The notes under the pieces were generated by a model. That model was not told the origin of the DNA, ran no database searches, and was given only the letters and a program-made list of their open reading frames with translations. Shown piece by piece: positions 28,644 to 38,924 of a DNA stretch of 64,000 nt. A program made the translations under genes and the position numbers. The stretch comes from a virus (lineage: Duplodnaviria > Heunggongvirae > Uroviricota > Caudoviricetes). Positions within the stretch are counted from its first letter, which is position 1; every line of letters begins with the position of its first letter. The DNA is taken from positions 64,001 to 128,000 of IMG/VR virus record IMGVR_UViG_3300043444_000502, one strand, 5' to 3'.

Positions 28644-29653
28644 CATTTGCATTAATATTATTTCTAACTGCTTTTGCAATTTCTAGCGTAGCTGCATACT
28701 ATTCGGTTGCTGGTTTAGTAACCATTTTTTCATCTGCTTCTATCGCATCGGTTATTATGGGTGGATCATTAGAAGCAGCGAAACTGGTTGCTGCTTCTTG
28801 GTTATATCGTAATTGGCAAGAAGCTCCGAAATTTTTAAAATATTATTTTACAACAGCCGTAATAATATTATCAATTATCACGTCAATGGGTATTTTTGGA
28901 TATTTGTCAAAGGCACATTTAGATCAATCAGTTGTTATTGGTGAGTCTACAAGTAAACTTTCAATTTATGATGAAAAAATTAAAACCGAAAAAGAAAATA
29001 TTGAAATAAACCGTAAGGCACTTAAACAAATGGATGATTCAGTGGACCAAGTACTGGGCCGCTCAACAGATGAAAAAGGTGCCGACAAAGCTGTGGCTAT
29101 TAGAAGGTCCCAGCAGAAAGAACGTGTTAGACTTCAAAATGAAATACTTCAGTCGCAAAAGTCTATCGCGGAACTTAACGATGCACGTGCGCCTATTGCC
29201 GCCGAGACCCGTAAGATTGAAGCCGAAGTTGGACCGATTAAATATGTTGCAGAATTAATTTACGGTGAAAGTAATGAAGAGGTTATTAGTAAAGCTGTAC
29301 GACTAATGATTATTCTTATAATCTTTGTCTTTGATCCATTAGCAATTTTATTGTTGATCGCAGCAAATATGGAAATAAAAAAAGCTACTAATGTTGTCGC
29401 AGAAAAAAAGGAAGAATCTGACGTGATTAATGATATATTACCAGTTGCAACAATTGCACCAATTAAACCTAAAAAACCTAAAAAACCAATTGCGCCTAAA
29501 AAGTCTCCAATTAAACCTAAGAAAAAACCAGATCCTATTAAAAAAACTAGACCAGTAAAACCTCGGAAAAAATCAATTGGTAGTGGAGAAGACGCAGCCA
29601 TTGATGATGTTATTACAATAAAGAAAAATACCGTATATAGATTCGATTCATGA
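28640..29653 (+). CDS. Membrane protein (about 4 TM segments, coiled coil, Lys/Pro-rich tail)
   Basis: Hydrophobic N-terminal helices, EVGPIKY, IIFVFDPLAILLL, PKKPKKP tail. Confidence 0.75.
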   Translation: MTFALILFLTAFAISSVAAYYSVAGLVTIFSSASIASVIMGGSLEAAKLVAASWLYRNWQEAPKFLKYYFTTAVIILSIITSMGIFGYLSKAHLDQSVVIGESTSKLSIYDEKIKTEKENIEINRKALKQMDDSVDQVLGRSTDEKGADKAVAIRRSQQKERVRLQNEILQSQKSIAELNDARAPIAAETRKIEAEVGPIKYVAELIYGESNEEVISKAVRLMIILIIFVFDPLAILLLIAANMEIKKATNVVAEKKEESDVINDILPVATIAPIKPKKPKKPIAPKKSPIKPKKKPDPIKKTRPVKPRKKSIGSGEDAAIDDVITIKKNTVYRFDS

Positions 29654-29665
29654 AAATGATAACTT

Positions 29666-29694
29666 TATAAATATATTAAGAATTGATATAAATA
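29666..29694 (+). promoter_or_regulatory. Tandem T4-type late promoters (29666-29673 and 29687-29694)
   Basis: Two exact TATAAATA upstream of g18. Confidence 0.85.
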
Positions 29695-29757
29695 CTTATT
29701 ATGCTCCATATTATGCTCTCAACAACATATCATCAACTAGAATCGAGGTAGAGAAAA

Positions 29758-31446
29758 ATGGCTTTTCAAGTTTCTCCTGGCGTAGCAGTACGCGAAATCG
29801 ATCTCACTAACGTTGTGCCTGCAGTCTCTACTTCAATCGGAGCTACAGTTGTAAACGGTATCTGGGGTCCAATAGAGGAGATTGTTACCATTACCAACGA
29901 GAAAGAATTAGCTGATGCATTTGGCGTACCTAATGACGACACATTTGCATACTTCTTCAATGCTGCGGCTTTCTTAAAGTACGGTAATAATCTAAAAGTA
30001 GTGCGTGTGGCTGGCACAGGCGCTAAAAACTCAACAGCAGGTGTTAGCGGTGCTGGCACTGGTTTATTAATCAAGAATCGCGACCAATATGAAAATTCAT
30101 ATGTAGATGGTCAAGGTACTGTAGGTATTTGGGCAGCTAAATACGCAGGTGCTATTGGCGATTCATTAAAAGTTTCTTTTGTAACAGCAGGTTCTGCTTA
30201 TTCAACTTGGACTTATGCAGATCAATTTGATTCTGCTCCTGGTACTTCTGCATATGCAGATGCTAAGGGTGGTGTTAATGATGAAATGCATATCATCGTT
30301 ATTGATGAACTAGGTTTAATTTCAGGCACAGCTGGTACAGTACTTGAAAAGTTCGCATTTGTTTCTCAAGCACGCGATGCTAAGAAATTCGATGGTTCAA
30401 CAAACTACTATAAAGAAGTAATTAACGGAACATCAAAATATGTTTGGTGGATGGATCACGAGTCAACTATGTCTAAAGCTGGTTCTCTATCAACAGAAAC
30501 ATTTGTTACATTAGCTTCAGCTATCACTAAGTCTTTAGCAGGCGGTGAAGATGGTGCAGCTATTGATGCGGGTGATATCGATTCAGGTTTCCAACTTTTT
30601 GCTGATGGCGAAACAGTTGATGTTAACTTATTAATCGGTGCACCAACATTAACAGGTTTAGATGGTGTAACACAAACTAATGGTTTAATCGCCGTTGCTG
30701 AAAATCGCAAAGATGTAGTTGCTTTTGTATCTCCTCCAGTTTCTGCAACTGTTGGTACATTAACACCTAAAGAAGATGTTATCGATTTTGCTGATCAAAT
30801 CACATCTACTTCATATGCATTTATGGATTCTACAGCTCTTAAGATTTACGATAAATACAATGACGTTTATCGTTGGATCGTTGGTGCTGGTCACATGGCT
30901 GGTCTATGTGCTAACACAGATGAAGTAGCTGATGCATGGTTCTCACCAGGTGGTTTCACTCGTGGTCAATTATTAGGTATTACAAAAATTGCTTTCAATC
31001 CTAAGAAAGCAGAACGTGATGACTTATATAAGAAGCGTGTAAACCCAGTTGTATCATTCCCAGGTGAAGGTACAGTATTATTTGGTGATAAGACTCTTCA
31101 ATCTAAGCCAAGCGCATTCGATCGTATTAACGTACGTCGCTTGTTTATTGTATTAGAGAAAGCCATTTCAACAGCTGCAAGATATCAGTTATTCGAACTT
31201 AACGATGAATTTACTCGTGCTATGTTCCGTAACATGACAGAACCTTTCCTTCGTGAGATCAAAGGTCGTCGTGGTATTACTGACTTCAAGGTTGTTTGTG
31301 ACGAGACAAATAACACTGGTGAGATTATCGATAGCAATCAATTTGTTGCAGATATCTACATCAAACCAGCACGCTCAATCAACTTTATCTCTCTAAACTT
31401 CATCGCTACTCGTACTGGTGTTGATTTTGCTGAGATCGGAGGTTAA
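29758..31446 (+). CDS. g18: Tail sheath protein gp18
   Basis: MAFQVSPGVAVREID, WFSPGG..RG, SAFDRINVRRLF, IKPARSINFI. Confidence 0.97.
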   Translation: MAFQVSPGVAVREIDLTNVVPAVSTSIGATVVNGIWGPIEEIVTITNEKELADAFGVPNDDTFAYFFNAAAFLKYGNNLKVVRVAGTGAKNSTAGVSGAGTGLLIKNRDQYENSYVDGQGTVGIWAAKYAGAIGDSLKVSFVTAGSAYSTWTYADQFDSAPGTSAYADAKGGVNDEMHIIVIDELGLISGTAGTVLEKFAFVSQARDAKKFDGSTNYYKEVINGTSKYVWWMDHESTMSKAGSLSTETFVTLASAITKSLAGGEDGAAIDAGDIDSGFQLFADGETVDVNLLIGAPTLTGLDGVTQTNGLIAVAENRKDVVAFVSPPVSATVGTLTPKEDVIDFADQITSTSYAFMDSTALKIYDKYNDVYRWIVGAGHMAGLCANTDEVADAWFSPGGFTRGQLLGITKIAFNPKKAERDDLYKKRVNPVVSFPGEGTVLFGDKTLQSKPSAFDRINVRRLFIVLEKAISTAARYQLFELNDEFTRAMFRNMTEPFLREIKGRRGITDFKVVCDETNNTGEIIDSNQFVADIYIKPARSINFISLNFIATRTGVDFAEIGG

Positions 31447-31448
31447 TT

Positions 31449-31976
31449 ATGGCGATTTTAGGCGTAGATGATTTTAAGTCTAAATTAATTGGTGGCGGTG
31501 CGCGTCCTAATTTATTCAAAGCTACAATCAATTTTCCAGCAATCGCAGGCGGTGATGTTGAATTAACTTCATTCTTAGTTAAAGCAACTTCTCTTCCAGC
31601 TTCAACAGTTGGCACAATCATGGTTCCATTCCGTGGTCGTCAATTAAAGATTGCAGGTGATCGTACATTTGATCCATGGACAATCACAATCATCAATGAT
31701 ACAGATTTCAAAGTGCGTAATGCGTTTGAACGTTGGATGAATGCTATCAATGAGCATCGTAATAACACTGGTTTAACAAATCCAGTTGATTACCAAGCAG
31801 ACATGCAAGTAGCTCAATTAGATAAAGCTGGTAACGAAGTTAAAGTTTATAACTTCCGCAGCACATTCCCAACTGCAGTTTCTGCTATCGAACTTTCATA
31901 TGAGTCAACAGACCAAATTGAAGAGTTCCAAGTAGAACTACAAGTTCAATATTGGGAATCAAACACAACATCTTAA
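31449..31976 (+). CDS. g19: Tail tube protein gp19
   Basis: GGARPNLF, FRGRQLKIAGDRTFDPWTITIIND. Confidence 0.97.
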   Translation: MAILGVDDFKSKLIGGGARPNLFKATINFPAIAGGDVELTSFLVKATSLPASTVGTIMVPFRGRQLKIAGDRTFDPWTITIINDTDFKVRNAFERWMNAINEHRNNTGLTNPVDYQADMQVAQLDKAGNEVKVYNFRSTFPTAVSAIELSYESTDQIEEFQVELQVQYWESNTTS

Positions 31977-31992
31977 TTTAGAGTTGGTAAAT

Positions 31993-32018
31993 AGGAGAGA
32001 GGAGAAATCTTCTCTCCT
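31993..32018 (+). terminator. GAAA-tetraloop hairpin between g19 and g20
   Basis: AGGAGAGAGGA-GAAA-TCTTCTCTCCT; weak U tract. Confidence 0.55.
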
Positions 32019-32042
32019 CTTCGTTATTAGAAAAGGTAAAAA

Positions 32043-33647
32043 ATGGAATTATTCGGCTTCGAAATATCACGTAAGAAAGAGATCGCTGAGCAAGAACGCA
32101 AGCAATCATTTGTCGCACCAGAGACAGATGATGGCGCAACCGTTGTTTCTGAAGGTGGTTATTATGGTCAATACGTTGATATCGAGGGCACTAAGGCTAA
32201 AGATGATGCTGACTTAATTAAAAAGTACAGAGAATCATCGCTTTATCCTGAGTGCGATGCAGCAATTACAGATATTGTTAATGAAGCAATTGTTGCAGAC
32301 GATAATGAAAAAATCATCGATATTAATACAGATGATTTAAAAGAATATAATGATAAAATTAAAAGTCTTATTAAAGGTGAATTTGAAGAAGTTATTCGCT
32401 TATTAAAATTCAATAATAATGCTCATGACATTTTCCGCAAATGGTATGTGGATGGTCGTTTATATTATCATATGATTATTGATGAAAAAAATCCTAAAGC
32501 AGGTATTTTAGAATTACGTCCTATTGATGCATTAAAACTTCGTAAAGTTCGTCAAATCATTGAAGATAAAGATCCAAAAACTGGTGCTAAACTTGTAAAA
32601 GGATTTAATGAATTTTACATTTATCAAGAAGTTTTAGGTACTACTGCTACTGTAATGGGTGGTGGCTCAGGTTCTAGAAGCACACAGGGTTTAAAAATTT
32701 CTAAAGATGCTATTGTATATGCACCATCTGGTTTAGTTGATAGTACATCCAAAAAAGTATTATCATACTTATTTAAAGCTTTAAAACCAGTTAATCAATT
32801 ACGTATGATGGAAGACTCATTAGTCATCTATCGTATGTCACGCGCACCAGAACGTCGTATTTTTTATATTGACGTTGGTAACTTGCCTAAAGGTAAAGCT
32901 GAAGCGTATCTACGTGATATCATGGCACGTTATAAAAACAAGATTGTTTATGACGCATCTACTGGTGAAATCCGCGATGATCGTAAACATATGGCTATGT
33001 TAGAAGACTTTTGGTTACCTCGTCGCGAAGGTGGAAGAGGTACTGAAATTTCTACACTACCTGGCGGAGAAAATCTTGGTCAAATTGAAGATATCATTTA
33101 TTTCCAAAAGAAATTATATCGTTCATTAAACGTTCCTATGTCACGTATGGAATCAGAAAATTCTGGTTTTAACTTAGGTCGTTCTAGCGAAATTTCTCGT
33201 GATGAATTAAAATTTAATAAATTCATTAATCGTTTACGCAAGAAGTTTGCAGATTTATTCTTACAAGCATTAAAAGCCCAATTAATTCTTAAAGGTATTA
33301 TTAATAAAGAAGATTGGGAAATCATGAAAGAAGATATTCGTATCGATTTCATGAAAGACAATTATTTCTCTGAATTAAAAGACGCAGAGATGTTAAGAGA
33401 ACGTATGCAGACATTACAATTAATGGATCCATATGTTGGCAAATATTATTCACAGATGTGGATTCGTAAAAATATCCTTAAAATGAAAGATGAAGAGATT
33501 GAAGAAATCGAAGCTGAAATTGAAGCTGAAGGTCCAACTATGCAAGATCTAGAACTTCAACAGCAGCAACAAGAACTTCAAGCTTCACAAGAACCTGAAC
33601 CTCCAACTCCGGAGAATCCAGGTAATCCGTTTGACCAACAAGGTTAA
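32043..33647 (+). CDS. g20: Portal protein gp20
   Basis: WYVDGR, RAPERRIFYIDVGNLPK, MLEDFWLPRREGGRGTEI. Confidence 0.97.
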   Translation: MELFGFEISRKKEIAEQERKQSFVAPETDDGATVVSEGGYYGQYVDIEGTKAKDDADLIKKYRESSLYPECDAAITDIVNEAIVADDNEKIIDINTDDLKEYNDKIKSLIKGEFEEVIRLLKFNNNAHDIFRKWYVDGRLYYHMIIDEKNPKAGILELRPIDALKLRKVRQIIEDKDPKTGAKLVKGFNEFYIYQEVLGTTATVMGGGSGSRSTQGLKISKDAIVYAPSGLVDSTSKKVLSYLFKALKPVNQLRMMEDSLVIYRMSRAPERRIFYIDVGNLPKGKAEAYLRDIMARYKNKIVYDASTGEIRDDRKHMAMLEDFWLPRREGGRGTEISTLPGGENLGQIEDIIYFQKKLYRSLNVPMSRMESENSGFNLGRSSEISRDELKFNKFINRLRKKFADLFLQALKAQLILKGIINKEDWEIMKEDIRIDFMKDNYFSELKDAEMLRERMQTLQLMDPYVGKYYSQMWIRKNILKMKDEEIEEIEAEIEAEGPTMQDLELQQQQQELQASQEPEPPTPENPGNPFDQQG

Positions 33648-33664
33648 GTTGAAAAATTAAATTT

Positions 33665-33672
33665 TATAAATA
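33665..33672 (+). promoter_or_regulatory. T4-type late promoter TATAAATA
   Basis: Exact consensus upstream of the prohead core genes. Confidence 0.85.
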
Positions 33673-33689
33673 TATTGAAAGAAGGAATT

Positions 33690-33914
33690 ATGAGTGAATT
33701 GTCTAATGCATTACTAGATGCTATTGCTTCTGGTAATAACGAACAAATGAATTCTGCATTTGACGCTGTAATGAATGCAAAAATTAGTGATAGCCTTCAA
33801 GCTAAAAAGATTGAGCTTGCTAACAGCATTTATAATGGTGTTCAAGCAAAAGCTGAAGCCATTGACGATGCAACAGATGGGATAGCATCTGACAATGGAT
33901 CAGAAGAAGTTTAA
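33690..33914 (+). CDS. g67: Prohead core protein gp67-like
   Basis: Small acidic ORF after the portal gene; AAGGA RBS before ATG 33690. Confidence 0.7.
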   Translation: MSELSNALLDAIASGNNEQMNSAFDAVMNAKISDSLQAKKIELANSIYNGVQAKAEAIDDATDGIASDNGSEEV

Positions 33915-34101
33915 AAATTTAAGGGAATCAATAACTATTCAGTTATTTGATGCCGGTAAAGCGACAATAGAAGTCAAAAGATCTATTAATTCTTTTGACG
34001 TTTATGTCAATGACTTTATGGTTGAAGCATTTAAAACAGAAAAAATGGCATTAGAAGTTGCTAAAGAAGCAGCAGATGCTATAAGGAATGAATTAGAATG
34101 A
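33895..34101 (+). CDS. g68: Prohead core protein gp68-like
   Basis: Synteny between g67 and g21; KFKNLRES N-terminus. Confidence 0.55.
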   Translation: MDQKKFKNLRESITIQLFDAGKATIEVKRSINSFDVYVNDFMVEAFKTEKMALEVAKEAADAIRNELE

Positions 34102-34745
34102 AACTAATTTTAGAAAGAATGGATTCTGATATCTCTGTGGTAACAGAATCAAAACAAAACGGTACTAAAGAAGTTTTCATCGAAGGCATCTTTATGATGG
34201 CTGATGCAAAAAACCGTAATGGTCGTATTTACGAATCAAAGATTTTACAACCTGCTGTCGAAAAGTATATCGAAGAGCAAGTTAAACATGGTAGAGCAGT
34301 TGGTGAATTAAACCATCCAGATGGTCCAACTATCAACCTAGATAAAGTATCTCACTTAATTACAGATCTTCGTTTTGAAGGTGCTAATGTAATTGGTAAG
34401 GCAAAAATCCTAAACACTCCTATGGGACAAATCGTAAAAGGTTTACTTGAAGGCGGTGTAAAATTAGGAGTATCATCTCGTGGTATGGGTAGTCTTGAGA
34501 CACGTGAAGGCGTAAACTATGTTGGAAAAGATTTCCACTTAGCTACAGTCGACATCGTTCAAGATCCTTCCGCTCCTTCAGCTTTCGTTAACGGAATCAT
34601 GGAAGGTGTAGAATGGATTTGTGAAAATGGCGTGTTTAAACCTCAAGAAATTGAACAGATTGAGACTGAAATTAAGAGAACACCTAAAGCTCAGCTTGCT
34701 GAAGCTCAAGTTCGTGTTTTCCAACATTTCCTCTCTAAACTTTAA
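34098..34745 (+). CDS. g21: Prohead protease gp21
   Basis: KNRNGRIY, GELNHP, GVSSRGMGSL, DIVQDPSAP. Confidence 0.97.
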   Translation: MKLILERMDSDISVVTESKQNGTKEVFIEGIFMMADAKNRNGRIYESKILQPAVEKYIEEQVKHGRAVGELNHPDGPTINLDKVSHLITDLRFEGANVIGKAKILNTPMGQIVKGLLEGGVKLGVSSRGMGSLETREGVNYVGKDFHLATVDIVQDPSAPSAFVNGIMEGVEWICENGVFKPQEIEQIETEIKRTPKAQLAEAQVRVFQHFLSKL

Positions 34746-34763
34746 CACTAAGGAGTGATTTGA

Positions 34764-35837
34764 ATGTCACAAAAAGATCTTAAAAAAGATCAACTAGATG
34801 AACAGCTTAGTGATGAACAACTCGTTGAAGTTTCTGAGGAACAGCTAGAAGAAGGTAACGCTGCTGCAACGATTGATCCAAAGGGAGACGCTAAGTCTGC
34901 CGATTTTGGTCAAGATGCAGATTTCCAAGATGACAAGAAGAAAACTCTTGCAGATCTTGGCGCTACTAAAACTGCTGAAGCACCAAAGACAAAAGCGGGT
35001 ATCATTGCTGCAACTGTTGATAAGTTGAATTCTTTAAAGAAAGAAGATCTTCAAGCTATCTACAGCAAGCTTTTCACAGAAGAGTCTACAGAAGTAAAAG
35101 ATGCTCCAGTTGCTATCGATGTAACAGAAGACTTAGAAGCTTTAGTTGCAGCTGATGCAAACCTTTCAGAAGAATTTAAAGAGAAATCTGCAGTTCTATT
35201 TGAAGCAGCTTTAACATCACGCATTGCTGTTGAAAAACACAAACTTGAAGAACAGTATCAATCTAAGTTACAAGAAGAAGTTGACGGTATTCGTTCAGAA
35301 CTAGTAGAAAAGATCGATGGTTATCTTAACTACGTAGTTGAGCAGTGGATGGAAGAAAATGAACTTGCAGTTGAATCTGGCCTACGTGCTGAGATCGCTG
35401 AAAGCTTTATTGATTCATTGAAGACTGTATTCGTTGAACATTACATTGAAGTACCTGAAGGCAAGGGTGACCTAGTTGACGGTTTAGCTACACAAGTTGA
35501 AGAACTTGAAGAACAATTACAAGCTGCTACTGAGAAATCAGTTAAGCTTGCTGAATCAATTGAAACATTGACTCGTGAAAAGATTGTTATTGAAGCTACT
35601 GAAGGCATGGTTGCAACTGATGCTGAAAAGCTTAAGTCACTTGTTGAAGGTGTGGACTACGAAGATGCAGAAGCTTTCGCTAAGAAAATTTCTATCATCA
35701 AAGAAGCTCACTTCTCAAAATCTGGTTCTACAACTGAAGCATTAGTTGAAGAGACAGAAGAGCAAACTGAACAACAAACAACTTCACCACGTATGGCTGC
35801 ATATTTAAGCGCCATCTCCCGTACTACTAAAAAATAA
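34764..35837 (+). CDS. g22: Prohead scaffold gp22
   Basis: LSEEFKEK...FEAA, YLNYVVEQWMEEN, acidic composition. Confidence 0.93.
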   Translation: MSQKDLKKDQLDEQLSDEQLVEVSEEQLEEGNAAATIDPKGDAKSADFGQDADFQDDKKKTLADLGATKTAEAPKTKAGIIAATVDKLNSLKKEDLQAIYSKLFTEESTEVKDAPVAIDVTEDLEALVAADANLSEEFKEKSAVLFEAALTSRIAVEKHKLEEQYQSKLQEEVDGIRSELVEKIDGYLNYVVEQWMEENELAVESGLRAEIAESFIDSLKTVFVEHYIEVPEGKGDLVDGLATQVEELEEQLQAATEKSVKLAESIETLTREKIVIEATEGMVATDAEKLKSLVEGVDYEDAEAFAKKISIIKEAHFSKSGSTTEALVEETEEQTEQQTTSPRMAAYLSAISRTTKK

Positions 35838-35849
35838 AGGAACATAAAA

Positions 35850-37187
35850 ATGTTTTTAGCTGAACAAGCACAACAAAAATGGTCTGAGGTTCTCGACCAC
35901 GCTGATCTTCCAAAGATCGCTGATCCATATAAGCGTGCAGTTACTGCCGTTATTCTAGAAAACCAAGAGAAAGCACTTGCTGAAGAGCGTGCACAATCTG
36001 GTTACATCACAGAAACAGCACACGCTAACGCAACTGGTGCTGGTATTTCTAACTTCGACCCAATCCTTATCAGTTTGGTTCGTCGTTCAATGCCTAACCT
36101 TATCGCTTATGACATCGCTGGTGTTCAACCAATGTCAGGTCCAACAGGTTTAATCTTCGCAATGCGTTCACGCTACGGCGCACAAAACGGTGCTGAAGCT
36201 CTTTACCAAGAAGCTGATACAGATTACTCTTCATCAAGCTTCAACGGTTCTACTGGTACTCCTAAGAACGGTACACACGGTGGTTCATCTGATTCTCTTC
36301 CAGGTACAGATGCTAACACTGATGGTGTTTCTGACGCTTTCGGAGTTGGTGGTGGTATGACTACAGCAGAAGCTGAAGCATTAGGTGATTCTTCTGCAAA
36401 TAGCTTCGCACAAATGGCATTCTCTATCGAGAAAGCAACTGTAACAGCTAAGACACGTGCGTTAAAAGCTGAGTACACAATGGAATTAGCACAAGACCTT
36501 AAAGCAGTTCATGGTCTTGACGCTGAAACTGAATTGGCTAACATCCTTTCAGCAGAAATTCTTGCTGAAATCAACCGTGAAGTTATCCGTACAATCAACG
36601 TTAAAGCTAAATTAGGTGCTCAAACATCTAACGTTACAGCTCCAGGCGTATTTGATCTTCAGTCAGATGCTGATGGTCGTTGGTCAGTTGAAAAGTTCAA
36701 GGGTCTTCTAGTTCAGATCGACCGTGAAGCTAACCAAATTGCTAAAGATACACGTCGTGGTAAAGGTAACTTCATCGTTTGTTCAAGCGATGTTGCTACT
36801 GCATTAGCTGCTTCTGGTATGTTAGTTTACAACCCAGCAATGTCTGTTGACTTAGCAGTTGACGACACTGGTAACACATTTGCTGGTGTTCTAAATGGCC
36901 GTATGAAGGTTTATATTGACCCATATGCAACAGCTGATTACATCACTGTTGGTTACCGTGGTACAAACCCATATGACGCTGGTATGTTCTATGCTCCATA
37001 CGTTCCATTAACAATGGTTCGTGCTGTGGATCAAGGTACATTCCAACCTAAGATCGGTTTCAAGACACGTTACGGTATGATCGCTAACCCATTCGCTGTT
37101 CCAGGTCAAACTGCTGCAAGCGATACAGGTGCTAACCGTTCTAACGTTTACTTCCGTATCTTCAAGGTTACTGGCCTATTAGGTTAA
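35850..37187 (+). CDS. g23: Major capsid protein gp23
   Basis: GVQPMSGPTGLIFAMR, ALKAEYTMELAQDLKAVHG, GMFYAPYVPL, FKTRYG. Confidence 0.98.
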   Translation: MFLAEQAQQKWSEVLDHADLPKIADPYKRAVTAVILENQEKALAEERAQSGYITETAHANATGAGISNFDPILISLVRRSMPNLIAYDIAGVQPMSGPTGLIFAMRSRYGAQNGAEALYQEADTDYSSSSFNGSTGTPKNGTHGGSSDSLPGTDANTDGVSDAFGVGGGMTTAEAEALGDSSANSFAQMAFSIEKATVTAKTRALKAEYTMELAQDLKAVHGLDAETELANILSAEILAEINREVIRTINVKAKLGAQTSNVTAPGVFDLQSDADGRWSVEKFKGLLVQIDREANQIAKDTRRGKGNFIVCSSDVATALAASGMLVYNPAMSVDLAVDDTGNTFAGVLNGRMKVYIDPYATADYITVGYRGTNPYDAGMFYAPYVPLTMVRAVDQGTFQPKIGFKTRYGMIANPFAVPGQTAASDTGANRSNVYFRIFKVTGLLG

Positions 37188-37235
37188 TCAACCAAAAAGA
37201 ATCTTACATATAATAATAACTATAAGTAAGAATTT

Positions 37236-37263
37236 AAAGAGGGACTTCGGTCCCTCTTTTTTT
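37236..37263 (+). terminator. Rho-independent terminator with cUUCGg loop
   Basis: AAAGAGGGAC-TTCG-GTCCCTCTTT followed by a T run. Confidence 0.92.
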
Positions 37264-37276
37264 ATTTGGGCGAAGG

Positions 37277-37284
37277 TATAAATA
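37277..37284 (+). promoter_or_regulatory. T4-type late promoter TATAAATA
   Basis: Exact consensus upstream of g3. Confidence 0.85.
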
Positions 37285-37308
37285 GCTTTATCTTTTGGAG
37301 AATTTTAT

Positions 37309-37782
37309 ATGGCAGATCCAATTTTAACACAAAACAAGAATCCGTTAACAGTATCAGACGGTTTTAGATTAATATTTCAGCGTGCACCAAACGTTGAATT
37401 TTTCTTGCAAGAAATTTCATTGCCAGGTGTTTCGGTTAATGAAGTTGCAATTGCAAGACCGCATCTTAATGCTTATGTTCCAGGCGATAAATTAGTTTTT
37501 GAACCATTATCAGTACAAGTATTAGTATCTGAAGATATGGATAATTACAAAGAAATATTTGAATGGTTACAAACTAGTGTTGTAGAAAATGATACACCTA
37601 AAAAATATTCAGATATTACTTTGTATGTTTTAACAAGTAAAAATAATCCTAATAAACGAATTATTTTTAAAAATGCATTCCCTATATCAATTGGTGCAAT
37701 TAATTTTTCTGTGAAAGAATCAGAGATTGTTTATGGTACTATTGACATGTCATTTAGATATGACTACTTTACTTTTGAATAA
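37309..37782 (+). CDS. g3: Tail tube terminator/completion protein gp3-like
   Basis: NPL...GFRL...PNVEFF...LPG...PGDKLVFEPL...EDMDNYKEIFEW; synteny after g23. Confidence 0.85.
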   Translation: MADPILTQNKNPLTVSDGFRLIFQRAPNVEFFLQEISLPGVSVNEVAIARPHLNAYVPGDKLVFEPLSVQVLVSEDMDNYKEIFEWLQTSVVENDTPKKYSDITLYVLTSKNNPNKRIIFKNAFPISIGAINFSVKESEIVYGTIDMSFRYDYFTFE

Positions 37783-37796
37783 AACTGTGGTATAAT
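37768..37796 (+). promoter_or_regulatory. sigma70-type early/middle promoter TTTACT-N17-TATAAT with TGTGG extension
   Basis: -35 at 37768-37773, -10 at 37791-37796, upstream of uvsY. Confidence 0.8.
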
Positions 37797-37824
37797 TAAT
37801 AGTAAAAACTTTGGAATTTATAAC

Positions 37825-38274
37825 ATGCTAACTCTTGAACAAATTTTAGAACAGTGGAAAAAAGATTGCGAGATCGATGATATGGAACTCGACAAATCTT
37901 CACGTGAAACACCAAAACTACATGCAAAATATATTGAACTATTATCATTAGCTAAACTACAAAAGCAACGTAAAGATATGGAATTTAAACGCTTGCTAAA
38001 AGATAAATTCATGTGGTATAACGGTAAAATGGACAAAAATACAATGGATGAAAAAGGTTGGGAATACGATCCATTTGGTGGACTAATTAAACCGTTAAAG
38101 AGTGATATGGATTATTTTTATGAAAGTGATCCACAAATTCAAGCGCTTCAATCTCAAATTGAATATTGGAAGACTATGATAGATACTATATCAGAGATTG
38201 TTTCTAATATTACATGGAGACATCAAACTATTTCAAATATGATTAAGTGGCGACAGTTCACTTCAGGCGTATGA
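37825..38274 (+). CDS. uvsY: Recombination mediator UvsY
   Basis: WKKDCEIDDMELD...PKLHAKY; KLKSDMDYFYESD; ISNMIKWRQFTSG. Confidence 0.9.
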   Translation: MLTLEQILEQWKKDCEIDDMELDKSSRETPKLHAKYIELLSLAKLQKQRKDMEFKRLLKDKFMWYNGKMDKNTMDEKGWEYDPFGGLIKPLKSDMDYFYESDPQIQALQSQIEYWKTMIDTISEIVSNITWRHQTISNMIKWRQFTSGV

Positions 38275-38924
38275 TACCTACAATTGTTATTGATAATTTT
38301 TTCCCTCAACCAGATAATGTGCGAAATTATGCATTATCACTTAAAGAATGGCATGCTGATGAAGAGTTGAGATGGCCAGGAATTCGTACTAATAGTTTAC
38401 ATACCTTTGCGTTAGATAAACATGCAGAATTAGTATGGTCTATCTACAATTGTTTACCTCGTCATTTAGCTATGAAATATGGTTCATTTAAAAAATTTGA
38501 TGCGATGTTTCAAATTGTTAGCGAAGATTATATTGATGGTTGGATTCATGATGATGGTGCAGATTTAGATTTTGCGGGTTTAATTTACTTAAATAAAAAT
38601 CCGTGCGATGATAGCGGAACTTCAATATATCACCATATAACTGATGAATTAGAATATTTTGGTGAAGAAGAACGAGAACTAAAGAAAAAATTTCTATCTA
38701 AACCAGAACACCGCAGAGATTACGATTTATTAAAAAATAATAGACATTCACAGTTTAAAGAAGTTACTAAAATAGAAAATGTGTACAATAGATGTATCAT
38801 TTATGATGCATATGCTTGGCATAGAGCGAATAAATATTTTGGTAAAACAAAGGAAGATTCTAGATTGACACTAGTATTCTTCGGTAAATTTGATGATGGA
38901 CAAACTAACAATATCCAAAGTTAA
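38271..38924 (+). CDS. 2OG-Fe(II) oxygenase-like protein
   Basis: IDNFF..PD.VR, WIHDD, AGLIYL, GTS, NRCIIYD...WHRA; ATGA overlap with uvsY. Confidence 0.78.
   Translation: MIPTIVIDNFFPQPDNVRNYALSLKEWHADEELRWPGIRTNSLHTFALDKHAELVWSIYNCLPRHLAMKYGSFKKFDAMFQIVSEDYIDGWIHDDGADLDFAGLIYLNKNPCDDSGTSIYHHITDELEYFGEEERELKKKFLSKPEHRRDYDLLKNNRHSQFKEVTKIENVYNRCIIYDAYAWHRANKYFGKTKEDSRLTLVFFGKFDDGQTNNIQS

Noticed and set aside
29697-29718. 10-nt direct repeat TATTATGCTC upstream of g18
   Set aside because: Short and AT-rich with no assignable function; may be chance or a minor leader element
29758-31446. Tail sheath shorter (562 aa) than T4 gp18
   Set aside because: All conserved motifs are intact; loss of peripheral domains is common and there is no sign of a pseudogene
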